This document shows positions 26,940 through 40,156 of a stretch of DNA of 64,000 nt, piece after piece (within the stretch, counting starts at the first letter, position 1; every line of letters begins with the position of its first letter). Source of the DNA: Botryllus schlosseri (Eukaryota); contig CM119371.1 of NCBI GenBank assembly GCA_051294905.1, positions 37,264,001 to 37,328,000 on the forward strand, written 5' to 3'. A program made the translations under genes and the position numbers. The notes under the pieces are model-generated. The model was not told where the DNA came from, did not search any database, and saw only the letters and a list, made by a program, of their open reading frames with translations.

Positions 26940-28534
26940 GCAACGATACAAAGAGGTGCAATATTTCATGAAAACTTCTGACAAGAATACTCTCTACTAT
27001 TCAATATCAAAGGTGTAAGAAGTATGTAGTTTTGGCGACGAAATGATCAAGTAGAAGTGTAAGCAGAATAAAAACATAACCACCCCAGTAAGTATATAAA
27101 ACCTACTTGAGTACTCGTGAAACGGAGTACTTCGTTACTTGCCATCTATGGTCATGACTCATGTGGTTTTGGTCGCAATTGTTTCCAAAAAATCTCAGAA
27201 ACGGTCGGCCCGCGTCCCTTTATTACGCAGCTAAAGAGCGATTGTGGCGTACAATCGATTTCCGTATCAGCGACAATTACACATTCAGAGAGATCGCCGC
27301 TCGATACGTCACGCGCGGTAATTATTACCTCACTATCAGCCCGCGCGTAATTACTAACGATGGCAGGTGTAGAAAACCGAAATTGCGATCTTATTTCATT
27401 CCTAAAAATGTCTCTTTAACGATTGGTTTTGATAGAAATAAGCGATTCGCTGAATCTAGATTAAAACATTTTCGCAACACAACTTGATCAAGGCCGTGGG
27501 AAGCCAGCTGCCAGGCTTGGGAGCATCATTACAATAGCATCTTGAAATGCTACGCAGCTTGGCCCCGATACCTACGCTTTCTTCGAAGAGGTTTCAATAT
27601 TATGGCGGCTATTTCCTAACAAGTATTTCAGACCGACTGTACACTGGACGTCTGAAAACTGTATAGTGGAAGTAAAATCGAAAATATCTACAGAATTCCA
27701 AGTAGAAACAGTGATTTTCATGCAAGCATTCGCCATAAACACTAAAAACTGAGTAGTTGAAGTAGGCCTAAATCCTAACCACTCAAGTAAATAGCGCAAG
27801 TAAGCAAAAAGTGCTCGAGAATACTCTGAAAAGTAGTATATTCCAGGCCTAGTTTACTCGACACATACTCAACTCAGTCAGAACTAGACATTGCCACCCC
27901 AGTGTAATGTAAGTGTTCCTCGTCTAGGTTTGTCGCGAAAGAAGCAGAGGTAGTAGTCTAATGATTCAGCAAGTATTGCAAGTAGCATTTCAGGCCTAGT
28001 TATTCCTAAAATCATGACGAATCGGGAATGTGTGCAAGCAGGCAGAATGTACTCTTGTAATATGAAAAGTGCAAATGCTTTGTCACTGCCTACCCCTTGT
28101 TGTATTTAGAAACGTAGTTTCTGGAAGCCAACCCGAGCTATATTTTCAATATTTCATCAAATATTACAAACTCCACGAATGACTACACGACGACTCGAAT
28201 CCCGCGGGAATGGCGTTTGGAATGACGCGTCTGGAATGGTCGAAAATCTGCCAAGAGCCGTCTGGAGATATCGTATTTCGAAAATTCATCTATTTTTGGA
28301 TAGAAAATTGCCGGTTTGGTTACTGATATTTTCGAACGAATTAAATAGAGGTGATAAATGTTTTGCATCGCAGACTCTTCGCAGAGAAATTTTTCCCGAG
28401 TCTTTGGTTTGGCACGTTCTTGAGTCATGTGACATTAACTGCAAGTGGGTCGTACAAGAAGGTCGAGTAGAGTTTGTAAACTTGCAGTAATGGATCCAGT
28501 GGTTATGTTTTTAGGCTTCTCCAACTCATAAGTA

Positions 28535-29409
28535 TAGGGCGAATTTATTGACAAGTCAAATTAAGCCAAAATTTTGTCAAAATTGTAGCGTTAGGTCAAA
28601 AAATTGTCAAAATTGTTTACAAAGTCAAAGCCTTTTTGCAACCTGCATTTCGTTTGTATCGTAGATGTTTGCACTGTCGGTGAACTTATCATTTGACATT
28701 TTACAGCTTGTAGCCTACTTTATAGGCCTACCGTCGTAGACGGCCCATTGTCTGCTCGTTGTGAATCATAAACGGTCAAACGAAACAAATAGGTTGACAT
28801 GGTGTTGTGCTCAACGTACCGCATTATCCCAACTGAAGCAAAACCGCGTGGGCAGGGCATTGGTTCGTATTTCAAGAAGAGCATGATGAAATATTGTGAT
28901 GTAGACAACATCGTCAGAATGAAGCAACACGGTGTGTCACCAACAGTATACGCACAACTTCAGTGTTGCCAGCCAACAACTGCTGCTGTTGAACGTTCTT
29001 ATTCTCTATTCTTGGCAGCTACTTAGTAAGGTCAGACACTTCCTACCCGAGAATGTAGGAAAGTATCTTCCGTTGTACTACAACAAATTTTAATTATTTT
29101 TACCACAATGCGTGACGTAACTACTGGAATTTTTAATAGGTTCAGATTTCGGTAAAATAAAGTTTTTTCATGTAAAAGTTTGTCAGTTTTCAAGTCAAAA
29201 AAGCTTTTTCATGTCAAACTACTTCGTAACGACATACAGATCCAACCAAAAATGAAGTAGTACAATTCTAACATTATGTGGGAAAACACCCAATTTACAT
29301 ACATGATGTCAAAATTTGGTAAAAATCGAGTTCTTTAGGGTAAAAAATGTCTAAATTTTGATTTTTTCATATCAAAATCTTGCGTTTTTAGGTTATAAAA
29401 ATTGCGCTA
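28535..29409 (+). mobile_element. Internally deleted hAT-like element retaining a transposase C-terminal remnant (about 28830-29093)
   Basis: TAGGGCGAATTT / AAATTGCGCTA ends, CTCATAAG on both flanks. Remnant QCCQPTTAAVERSYS...RHFLPENVGKYL resembles the hAT dimerisation motif and is frameshifted. Confidence 0.8.
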
Positions 29410-32039
29410 CTCATAAGAGATTTCGAGACGAAATTACATTGCATTTGATATCGCAGATAGCAGCTACGGGATGTGCTTGTATCAGTGAAATAGTCAACAC
29501 GACCAGGTGAAATATCCCACGCCACGTATAATGTTTATTAAACATTTTTTTTGAAAATTGGGCATATTTGTAATGTTACTCGTCATTTTGCGTTATTCAT
29601 GAAGCTCTGAATTTCAGCAGTAGCGATATCCGAGTAAATCTTAAATAAGTTCTTGAAACTGTTTGCATGAGTAGTTTCCAGATATACATTAGATACATCT
29701 ACTTTCTCTTTAAGTAGTTTTAAGATGTTTTGGAAGTTGCTACTTCCACTAGAGTTAAGTAGGAATTGACAACACTACTTCGACTTCCCCAAATATCAAC
29801 GCTTTGACATCCTCTGGGCGTAAATGTGGGCGCAATGGTAGAGCCTAGAGATTAATAATGTTTGGGCCGTGTCTCTGGCTGCGAATATTATTTGTATCAC
29901 CAATTCGCCATTCACCAGCCATTACTATACTCAAAGTCTCGTTGCAGCGAATTCGCCGCAGCGTCACAATTTATTTATCACTGAGCACTTTGCCAACGGG
30001 TTTGGCCAATTTTCGATCATTCATTGACAGCAATGGATCCATTCAACCCCGGTGGGGTTGGCTACAGATTTTGGGATTAATTCATCAGACGGTAGCTCTA
30101 CCGGAAAATTGGATATTCGCTTCAACGATTGCCAATGACTTCAATTCAATTACATTTAGAATTCGTGACAAGTCCAATCGCTTACAAAACATGGTGACGC
30201 CTCTGTCAACAGCCTGCGCGATTGTTACGACACAACAGTCGATCAAACGCCGTTTTACAATTTCCTGTCTTCGATAAAAGCTTGTGTTTGCTGTGACCCA
30301 TAATCAATCTGTCGAAGTCAAATATTTGCGACGAATTGTGCCATCACAAGCCATAGGTTTTCATTTCCCTTGTTTGATAACAAACATTAACACCGAGGCT
30401 GAGGCAACGTCACCATAGGCTATTCTTTAGAGGTATCCTAGTTGTTTTCAAGGAGCTACTTTCGAGCAGGGCTGCGCGAAATAGAGTGCCCAAGTGATTA
30501 GGTTCCAATTCGGGTATTGCCTATGATGACGTTAATAATCAACTATAAAGGTAAAGAGTACCTTTTGTAGCCTATGTTACACGTATTCAGAATATAGTTC
30601 GTTGTTCATGATGTTTGGACTGCTATAGTCATTTACACCGGGCCGATATTTCGATCGTGATTCCTGATCTGCCGACTTTTAGCACGGTCCACTTTCGTTC
30701 TAGGATTTATTGTAAGACACAGCTTACGCGGATCATATGTATCCAATGTATTTTATAATTCTTGACCATGCGGACTAGACATCGCGCTTTGTGATAATGA
30801 CGATAGCCGAAAACTACTACCGGAATTGCCATTTCTTTGAATATATAGGCTTGTGTAATATGCTTGGTAATGCTCAATGCTGATTGTTGAGTTACGACCA
30901 ACCCAAGCTTCGAGCCTCCCGCAGTGTGAAGATAGTTTCGACTCGAAACATTACAATACATGCTTGGATTAGTGTATCGGAATCGTTGTTGTCAGCCCTA
31001 CTTGCCAAGTGCTCCATCCAACTGTAGATAGGTTTCAGTAGTCGACACAAACTTGCAATTTCGCGAAGTGCCTCCCGGTTGTTTTGAAGATGTGACTTGT
31101 CGGAAGTACAATTCTTGTTTATATTGGTTGGAGCTACCGAATAGCCGTACAGCATCCATGCATGCGTCTAACACTTGACGCAAAACTCATAGTTTCGTTC
31201 TTAACCATCAATGTATAGATTTAAGAGGCTAAATCTTTGTTCACTAGCCTACAAATCGCTTTTCGATGTCATTAGCGAACTCCAACGAAACTTTAGGAAG
31301 GCCATTACATCAATATCAAGATACCACAACATCGACTGGCATGTCGCGATTAACCTCCCAGACGCGTTTCGAATGATAACGAGCTAGAGACTGCTGTCTG
31401 TGACAAAATAATGATCGTGTTATTTGTTGATTGTGGCGTCAAACTTGTATTTAATGATCGCGGCCAACACGGGACTTGAGAAATGGAAAAGGCTGGGAAT
31501 ACTACGAATGGCTCACAGGCTGCTAGTTTGATTCGCAAAGCAAATAAACGGAATGTATGAGTAGCTTGTTAACTCGTTGCTTGGTAACAACATGGTTATA
31601 AGCCTGTGGTCTGGCACGAGGCTTAAATCGTCTTCGAATTATAACTGCATCTCATTGCATGGTCGAAAGACATTGAAATGTGGATGGCTGCTGTCGATTC
31701 TCCTGATATAGAGGCAGTCTATGTTTAGATGCCCAAGGCAGATTTACATTTTAGATCGAATATTCTTTTTGATTTAAATTTTTCGGCGGCCTAATGTTTC
31801 TTGTTTTCGCGTGGAAGTAGTCGAAATCTCGATAGCGATTTCACGCTCAGAGTAACAACAGCAGTGTGTTTGTCTGAGATATGCCAGATTCTGCTTCAGT
31901 AGCGAATTGCGTGTGAGGCTGAAACAGCCTAGGCACCGTAAGACAGTCAGATTTGGGAGTTTTAGCGCAAAGAAAGGTGATTAGTAGGACTGGGCAAAAT
32001 CGACTACCTCAGTGATTTGATTCTTACTCGAGTATTAGG

Positions 32040-32443
32040 TAGGTTTACCACACGTCCTCTTTTAAGAGGATTTGTCCTCTGTTTTGACTTTTTTGAAAGT
32101 GTCCTTGGAGGACGCCCTTTGGTCCTCTCTTTTGAGATTTTGTCCTCTTATTTGAGAATTTCGATCCAATGTACGGCCAAATTCGACTGAGATGCCGTAA
32201 ATCAGCACCGCAGTGACGCTCCGGCGGGTATTTCGGGAGCTGAGCCGGAGTGTTGTCCTTTTATTTAGTCAACCAACTGATAATGTGAAGGAAAAAAACA
32301 GTATTTTGGGCGCTGAGCGAGAAAGTTGAGCTGTTTTTTAGTCAACCGACTACGAAGTGGGAAAAATTTACCATATTTTCAGGATTTTCCTCCGATTTTG
32401 AAAAAGTGTCCTCTTTTCAGATTTCCAAAATATGGTAACCCTA
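32040..32443. mobile_element. hAT-type MITE family A nested in a family B copy (about 31984-32870)
   Basis: TAGGTTTACCA / TGGTAACCCTA, TSD GTATTAGG / CTATTAGG. Confidence 0.88.
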
Positions 32444-34002
32444 CTATTAGGTCTCTAGTTAAGCATTGCAGTATCACTCGTTTTAACATCATGGGAGCAC
32501 ATACGACGTAGAAGGTTAGATATGTACCTTCTATGAAATCACGAACACAATAACGCTACTTTTCAACCACATTTAAGATTTTATTTAGCATTTTTTCGGC
32601 AATACCGACTTGATTACACTTCGTGACAATGTTGCGGGTTGATCTCTGCTCTCCATTTATGTTATTTCCACTGATGTGAATAGCTTTGTGATGCGTGTTT
32701 CGTATGCTGTCATACGATCAATCCGGGTTTCAAGGCTTCAACCTTGAGAAAAAAGTATCGGGACTGTAATGCTACGTGAAAATATAACTCTTATTTCAAA
32801 GAGGGGTATTAGTTTAGGCAATGGGAAATAATGTTTAGGACTTGTTTCGGATTCGAGTACCCGGGCCTAACCGTTGCCAGTCCGGAAACACATGTGAATG
32901 AATAGTTACGTGAATGAATGGGATCATGAGTTGCGAAAGTGCGAATCGGTGAAAACTTAGCCATCGGAATCACTCTAATTTACGATCTCTGTTTCAAAAC
33001 ACTCTCCGATCTCAAGTGGCTTCAAGTCTGAACGCGCACGCTGAGTAAACACGACACTGCAAACTAGGCAGAGTCTTACACGCGTTACAGTCGCGAATCA
33101 AAGGCCTCACGCGAAGCAACAAGGTAGACTAACTCGTAGTCAGGCTTGTAGTGAGCCATGAGAATTGTGGTTACCTCCAAGGCCGCAGAAACATGAATTC
33201 TTCACGTCGTATTTAAAGATATCGGCAGAAAACAGACCTAGCAAAAAGCCGGCTTATCTTTCTGTGTTAGTTTTGCCAGCACGGTGCTATTGAGCCCATT
33301 CACACAAGTTTCAATTGTGACGCAAAAGACACATCCGTGTGTTAAATTCGCCGCGGCGAGAAAGTGGTTTTGCAGGAATTGGCCTAGGACTATAAGCCAG
33401 ATACAATGTTGGCACCCAGTAGACTTTCTAGTCGGTGCAAAGCTGCACCATGAATTGGCGACAGTGGTGGTAAAACTTTACATTGAAATTCAATACTGTA
33501 GTACGCATTACAATGGCGAACGGCTCTAGGTAAACTTCAGGCAATGGTTGCGAGCCAGATATGAATAACGCAGTGAGAACGCTAGCCTCAATTTGGCTTC
33601 CTAGTAGTTGCAACGGTCACGATCTCGCTAAGAGTCGGCTGCAGTGATAGCAATACTTAAAAGTGAAAATCAGTATCGGATTACGCATAACATCGGGAAC
33701 GGCTTTAGCGCCAATCTTTCCATGTTATTGAACCGATTTTGTCAAATATATCTCTGCGCGAAGATGGCATATTTGTATCTCAATGATAAGTGTTTTTGAC
33801 CCGTCTCCTAGCCAACATTCAAGTGCACCAGTCCAGGCATCCCACTGGTATATTTCGGAAAAACGGTGATGTGGCTGCTAAGAAACCCAGATAATCCCAG
33901 ATCCTATATTTCACCAAATTTCAATCAGATAGCCCTGAAATTGGAAAACGACACTCAAGAATTTCAGTCATACAATTAAATAATATATCTAGATCGAAAT
34001 AA

Positions 34003-34036
34003 ACCCGAATGTTTTCTGCTGACACTCGTCAGGGGT
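34003..34036 (-). ncRNA. Minimal type I hammerhead ribozyme-like motif
   Basis: RNA sense ACCC CUGACGA GUGUCAGCA GAAA ACAU UC GGGU: conserved boxes, UH site and 4-bp stem I. Confidence 0.6.
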
Positions 34037-35875
34037 AATAGTCGGTAACTAGTACATAATCGGAAAGTACAATGTGTATCGACAATGTGAATAATATCAA
34101 TGAGATATTATTCAATAGTATATTCAAGTTCTGCGCCTCCAAGAAGCTCTTACATTACAGTTAAGTCAACGTAGGAGTGAGTTTAAGTCTGTGATATTGA
34201 AGTTCCAATAGCAAGTTTGGAAGTTAAATTAAAAACGCGGGGACGCTAACACGGTATTGTGACGCGATAATTCTAGCAACTCTCCATTCACCCTTTTGGT
34301 CTCAAGAGCTTCTGACACAAAATCAACAAATCTGTTCCTAAATCCTGTCAAACAAGGATTTATCCGCCGATGAGAAGCGTCCTGTAGCTACGCGGGAGAA
34401 AGGGTGACTGCTGGCAACCGTTTGTGGGAATCAGCCTGGTTTGTTGTCACAAACGGCTGTATATCTCAGTGTATGTATTGTATAATTCACGGACCCAGCA
34501 TCCATCTACCGAACTAGGCGAGCTACAATCGATGGGGTGTCGGATTTCTGATAACAAAACCATTCTTAGAAACCAGTCTTTTTATGACGCGGGTCAGTCT
34601 GACAATAGGCGAGGTCAGTGAAGTACCAGGAAGCATCATTGTCGATTAGTTCGCAGAAAACAAGTTTGTGGAAAGGCCAGGCGAATATATAACTGAGCTG
34701 GTTCAGAGAATAAGTTTTTGAGTCGGATATATTTGATGCTATTGGTTGCCGATCATCTCTCAGTATAAGACATAAACAGCTAGGCTAGAATAACAGATCG
34801 AATGCTAGACAGAAGACCAGTTTGTGGAAGGCATGTCGACTATACAACGGTGCAGGTTCATATTTAGATATATTTCAGGCCGATGTCGCGTGCCGATCAT
34901 CTCACAGTATAGGACATAACAGCTAGAATAACAGATCAAATGTTTGCAAATTACATCCAAAATACATGTGCGGTCGTATCAAGATCGGTTTGTTGATTGC
35001 GTAAAGTCACGACCAAGCGTCGACAACAAACAGCCCTCAATACTATCTATCGATTCGAAACTGTGTTTTGAAGGCGAATCTTGTAAATTTGTATGGAAAG
35101 TCCGCAGATTAGCGATGTCCCATTTCGCCACGGAAACGTAACTTTTCGATTTCATCTCGGCGGTAGATTTTTCCTGTGTTTATTTTGCTGAAGCGTGCGT
35201 CTGAGGTGTAAGGCTGCATTTCGACTCGATGCGCGAAGTATATTCGAAGGAGTAACGCCCCGCAAGCAAGGGTGATCAAATTAGTCAACGAAAACGAAAT
35301 TAGTCATCGAAAAAAGTAGATGTAACTTCGTGAATTTATACTCAAGTACAAGTAGAAGCATGGATTTCCCTTCAGAAAAAGGAAGCCTTCTAATCCTAAT
35401 TTAACCTAAAAATATGAAGTAGTATTAGAAGTATTGCGAAGTCATAAGCATCTGAGTGAGTAGTTCAAGTGTAGGGAAACCTACTTGATTATCACGGCAA
35501 GTAGTACTTCGCTACTGATCACCGCAGTCTGAGGCCATTGCAACAAAGTAGGCCGAGAAAATAAAACTGTTTTTGGCAGCTCTCAAATATAAGGACCGCG
35601 TTTTCCATTTGTAATATCGACAGGTGTTGTGCAGCTTGCGATCCCAGCCGAGATTTGTCGAAATTTTTCAAACGAAACGAAAGCGTCCAGTTTTCGGCCC
35701 GTTGTCAGCGTTTATTGGTTTCGTGAATCCATGAAAATGAGTTTAGAAAGTTCTACGTTTTGAAGTCGTTTCATGTACCAGCAATGAGATCTAATCTACC
35801 GAGAGGCAGGACATTGTTTCTGGCATTCCAAGCCTGCTGTCGATGTCGGTGATTCAGCCTCGGAAGCAGATCTTC

Positions 35876-35883
35876 TATAAATA
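35876..35883 (+). promoter_or_regulatory. Candidate TATA box for the 36849 gene
   Basis: TATAAATA in a CpG-rich patch about 1 kb upstream of the ATG, with ATTGG about 160 bp further upstream. No transcript evidence. Confidence 0.3.
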
Positions 35884-36848
35884 ACCCGCGGCCTTCTTTG
35901 CGAGAACTGGCGATAAAACTGCGTCGCGCGAACCACCAGCTTCAGAATCGAGAGTGGACGCCTTCGCGGAGACAGCTCGCAAGTAGCGGACGTATCATCG
36001 AACGTAGAGTTGTTTGCAAGGCTTTCTGCAGTCGCGAGTTCAATAGAGATGCTCATGTTCAGTGAAGTTGGTGTTCATAGATCCATATTACAAATCTATG
36101 CGAATGGTAGTGCCTAACTTAACATATAGCTTCCAGAACTACATCCATTTCAGTATAGTTCGTTAAACTTGAAGACTCTTCATGTGTCCCTTATCAATAT
36201 AGTTAACAACCCAACTATAACAAGTATATAAGCAGGGATTCAAAGTCTCAAGTTTGCATAGGTGACGGGCATCTTGAATATAGCTTTCAATGATACATTG
36301 TTTGCGTGTTGTATAATATATCAAACTTGAAGACTTTTCTTACGCGACTTAACGAGAGTCAACGGCTCAACGCCGCAATAACAAGCATAGAAACAGAGAT
36401 CCCAATGTCAAACTATGAGGTATCGGTAGCGCTCACTATAGCGCTAAATTATTCACTTTAATGTTAACGTGATGCCCGAACCCCAAATTATCTCGCGTCA
36501 CAACGATCGCGCGATGTTTCGGTGTAAGGACTCAATTGCTACCTTGCCATAGCCTGGCGTTTCGATATGAGAGTGAGATGTATGTCCTAAATATTTTGCT
36601 GGACCGATACTTTACTGCTAAGTTCCAAGATCTTACCCTTCTGTGCTGTTTTTTGCTGCTAAATTGGTGTTCTCTATGCATCATTCTTCATTTTGCCGGT
36701 GCAAAGCCGCAGTCTACGTGCTAGAACCTGTCTGCTGTCGCGAATGCTAATCAAAATTGTTTTTCTTTTAATAGACGACATAAATAGCTCGTTAACGTAT
36801 AAGCGTTCCAAAGTGTCATTATTATCATATCGCGATTGTGACCGCACT

Positions 36849-37997
36849 ATGCATCATCAAGCGCAACAATCGTACGCAGTCATGCAGAACAAGAGCCTTA
36901 TCTACGGAGACCCGTGTGAAAGCGGCTACTCAACGACGACTTCTAGCGAGGAAGGAACCCTGCAGAGAGGATTCACGAAAAAGCAAAATGGTGGATTTGA
37001 GAGCGAGTCCTTTCTCAACAACCCGAAATTTCTCGAGATGGTGTCCAGATCGAAGGAATGTGACTACACTTACAGCCCTGCGTCGTCGCACGGATCAGCA
37101 GACTCGCCGTTGGCTTTCGGCATTCCAGACCACATTCCTACTACGATAGACGGATTACGCCACGCTGATGATATCACGAGTGTTGATGACGTCAACGTAG
37201 CCGCGTTACAAAAGTTTAAAGACAATTTGGAGAATATCAGAACCTACCAAACAGCAAAACCACAGAAACCAGCTTTTAGTTATTATGACCCCTTGCACAT
37301 TGCCGATGTGACGCAGGGTAAAACCGCAAAGTCTGCGTCACCTTCTTCAAGCAATGGCAGTCCCAAAAAACCGATTCCGATGAGAAGATCCCAAAACAAG
37401 CATAGGGGTCCCATAAATTTCTCTTCAGAAGCACCTAAGAACGTTGAAACGTCAATTAAATCAATCTCGCCCGCGGCAGATCATAAATCAGCGTTCGTTG
37501 TGGTGAAACCACGTGTTATTCATCGGCCTAGTCCAACAGAAAGTCAATTAACTTACCAGCACACTTGCAGTCACGATACGTGCGATAAAACAAATCCTTT
37601 GCCTGCAGCGAGGTCCCGAAAACCACAGAGGCCTGCCTCTCTCGAGATTCAGTCCCCAACAGAACGTATTCCGACTCTGAGTCCCATAGACGGCGGTATC
37701 GTGTACATTCCAGCGCAAATCGATGAGAACGGAATCGCCAGACCTGTGGCGAGCCTCGGTTCGAAACGGGAAAGCCGAGTTTGTGCTCGAAACAAGAAGA
37801 ATTCGAACCGAACCGAGGTCGCCGGTGACGAAGCGGCTCGGTTGCGGGAATATCTCGAAAAAGCGGAAGCCAAAGACTTGAAATACGCTCTGGAAAAACT
37901 TTTGAAGTCGCAAGACCCGAACTCTATTGAAGCGATGACAAAACTTTTTCCGACGACTCGAAAGCCAGAAGCGTCTCACTGTCTCCGATGCCACAAG
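36849..37997 (+). CDS. Coding exon 1 of a 477-aa uncharacterised protein (Ser/Pro-rich N-terminus, start of Cys/His-rich domain)
   Basis: Longest ORF in the window. ATG at 36849 follows an acceptor-like TTTTCTTTTAATAG ending 36774. Exon ends ...HCLRCHK at donor AAG|GTAACT (phase 0). Confidence 0.9.
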
Positions 37998-38277
37998 GTA
38001 ACTACATTCATCAATACTTTTTTTGTTCAAAATTACGATTATTCTCTATTTGAATTCCGGCACTAAACGAATAATTAGACACTGCATTCAATGATTATGA
38101 TATTTTATCAATCTCGATGTTCAATCACGATTATTCGATTGCGATTATCGATCATTTTGCTGTAAATTCGAGATCTAAACAGGTAAACAGGTTGAACATT
38201 GACCGATTACGATTTTTACCCTAGTTTCGATCATATCGTCGTAAATTCTGGTTCTAAACTTGCTATTATTTTGTCAG

Positions 38278-38449
38278 GACTTCAACCCCAACGAACCGGG
38301 CCGATGCATTCTCCCACATCCCGAGAAAATGGTTACCAAAGTCTCTCAAGACGCGATCGGAGCCGACTTTGTGTGCGGCTGTTGCGACGCCAGATTCCGA
38401 CTCATCCAGATGGACTTTTACGAGGAATCGACAAACGCGTTTTTGACAG
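38278..38449 (+). CDS. Coding exon 2 of the same gene
   Basis: Acceptor TTTTGTCAG|GAC and donor CAG|GTAAAC (phase 1). Reads DFNPNEPGRCILPHPEKMVTKVSQDAIGADFVCGCCDARFRLIQMDFYEESTNAFLT in frame with exon 1. Confidence 0.88.
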
Positions 38450-38806
38450 GTAAACAGATTTCCTGCTCTGACCTTGAGAAATAGAACTCGGTATCTAATT
38501 GCCAATTCGAAATTCGGGCCAGAACAAAATCTGGTTCGGGTACCCCCAAAATCCTCCTGATTTTAAATATTCCGGTAAAAAAAATCCTGCAAAATGTTGC
38601 CAATATCGCATATTTTAGTGGGAAATCATAGAAAATTATGCAATTTCACATATTTTGGTAGGAAATCCAACAAAAATCATGATAGTTTAGTATTTTTGTG
38701 GTTGTAAAATAATGGAATTTTAAAATATTTCTGCTCCAATACCATTCTAAAACCCGTGTTTTTAAAGCAGTCCGGCTCCAGTACTAAATTAGCCTCTTAC
38801 TTTCAG

Positions 38807-38919
38807 GACATTGCTTCAGCGGCTCACACACAACCGACCCGAGCGACGTCGACTACAGATCAAAGCGATGTGCCGCCAAATCCTGCGTGGATTCAGGATG
38901 CGTCGAGTTGTACGTCTAG
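38807..38919 (+). CDS. Final coding exon 3 of the same gene
   Basis: Acceptor TACTTTCAG|GA matches phase 1. Reads GHCFSGSHTTDPSDVDYRSKRCAAKSCVDSGCVELYV*. Total CDS 1149+172+113=1434 nt. Confidence 0.85.
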
Positions 38920-39784
38920 ATACGACTGTGCGCCACTTCAAACTTCCAAAGTCAACTACGACAAAAACAATGAGATGACAAAACGGAAACTGATTTCCGT
39001 CGACAATCGAGACACTGTCACGCGGCAATCTGGGATTCTTCATGACGTCACGCTATTTAATGACGCAATGACTCTGTCGGTCGTAGAGCTACATTCCTTG
39101 ATTGCCTTTTCATTCCTTTATCTTATTCTTAAACTTGATTTTAAATAGTTTCCTTTTTATCAAATCATCCTAATTTATCATGCAATACAATGAAAATCAC
39201 GAGAGATTTTGCAGTCTTTTTGATGAAGGTCAGCATTCAGCATAGTCGCATTTCACTAGGGTCGGGCAGAACGATTTTGGTGCTCGCATTAAAATCGAAT
39301 ATCAATTGTGATGATTCGAGATAAGTAGTGAGATTCGATTCTAAAAGAGTACAGAAAATATACGACATGATTCCGAGGATAATATTTTATCAACGAAAAA
39401 TATAGCTTCAAGACTGCATTGCCAACGTTAGAGCCTTGGAACCTGATCCAGCCACAGTTTAGCATTGAAACACGTGTGAGAGACAGATAGACAGACAGAA
39501 GTTTGTTTCCACAATAAGATATTATAATTCAGTGACGAACTAGCCAACCATCAATACGACCGTTAGGTGATCGAGTCGTCGTATACAGGCCGATATGTTA
39601 TAAACATAGACTTATGTGGTAAAACGTTTAATGCAATAATATGCACGATAATATATATGAATGTAATATGCATCATATACGGATATATCATATATCCTAA
39701 ATTAATTTGTTAATCGGGCCAGTCAGTAGCATACATAGCAACATTATTGAGCGTAATATGATGTACTTATAGGCAAAGTATACT

Positions 39785-40156
39785 CAAATTTGAGTCAATT
39801 CCGACTTGTAGAAGCGGAGTTATTCGAGTTTTTCGTTGATAATTCTTGGATTATCCTTGATCCGTGGATTATCAACGAAAAACTCAAATAGTTCTGCTTC
39901 TACTAGTCGGAATTGACTCAAATTTGATTTGCATCGTCTTTGAAGACAACTCAACAATTTCATGGGGTTGAGAGAAAAATTTGAGAATTTTTTTTTAATT
40001 TTTAATAATAAATTAAAAATTTCAATTCAAGATTGCACGGCCTTTACTGGTTGGAATTGAGTCAAATTTGGTGTGCATCGATTTCTTGGACAACCTGACG
40101 ATTTAGTCATTAGGCGAGTGAGATTTGGAAAAAAAAGTTTTTTTTGAACAACCCTA
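39785..40156. mobile_element. Left-truncated copy of the same palindromic MITE
   Basis: Same centre (TTTTCGTTGATAAT...ATTATCAACGAAAA) and right end GAACAACCCTA. Confidence 0.85.

Noticed and set aside
29858..30277. 139-aa ORF (likewise 11987-12412 and 41354-41785)
   Set aside because: No recognisable motif or splice partners, and the latter two run across repeat sequence.
36693..36848. N-terminal 52 aa of the 457-aa ORF and its tail 37998-38066
   Set aside because: The TTG start lies upstream of an acceptor-like site, and the tail is read-through into intron 1.
37548..38030. Antisense ORFs (160 aa, 74 aa) and other overlapping ORFs around 36838-39148
   Set aside because: Shadows of the real + strand exons.
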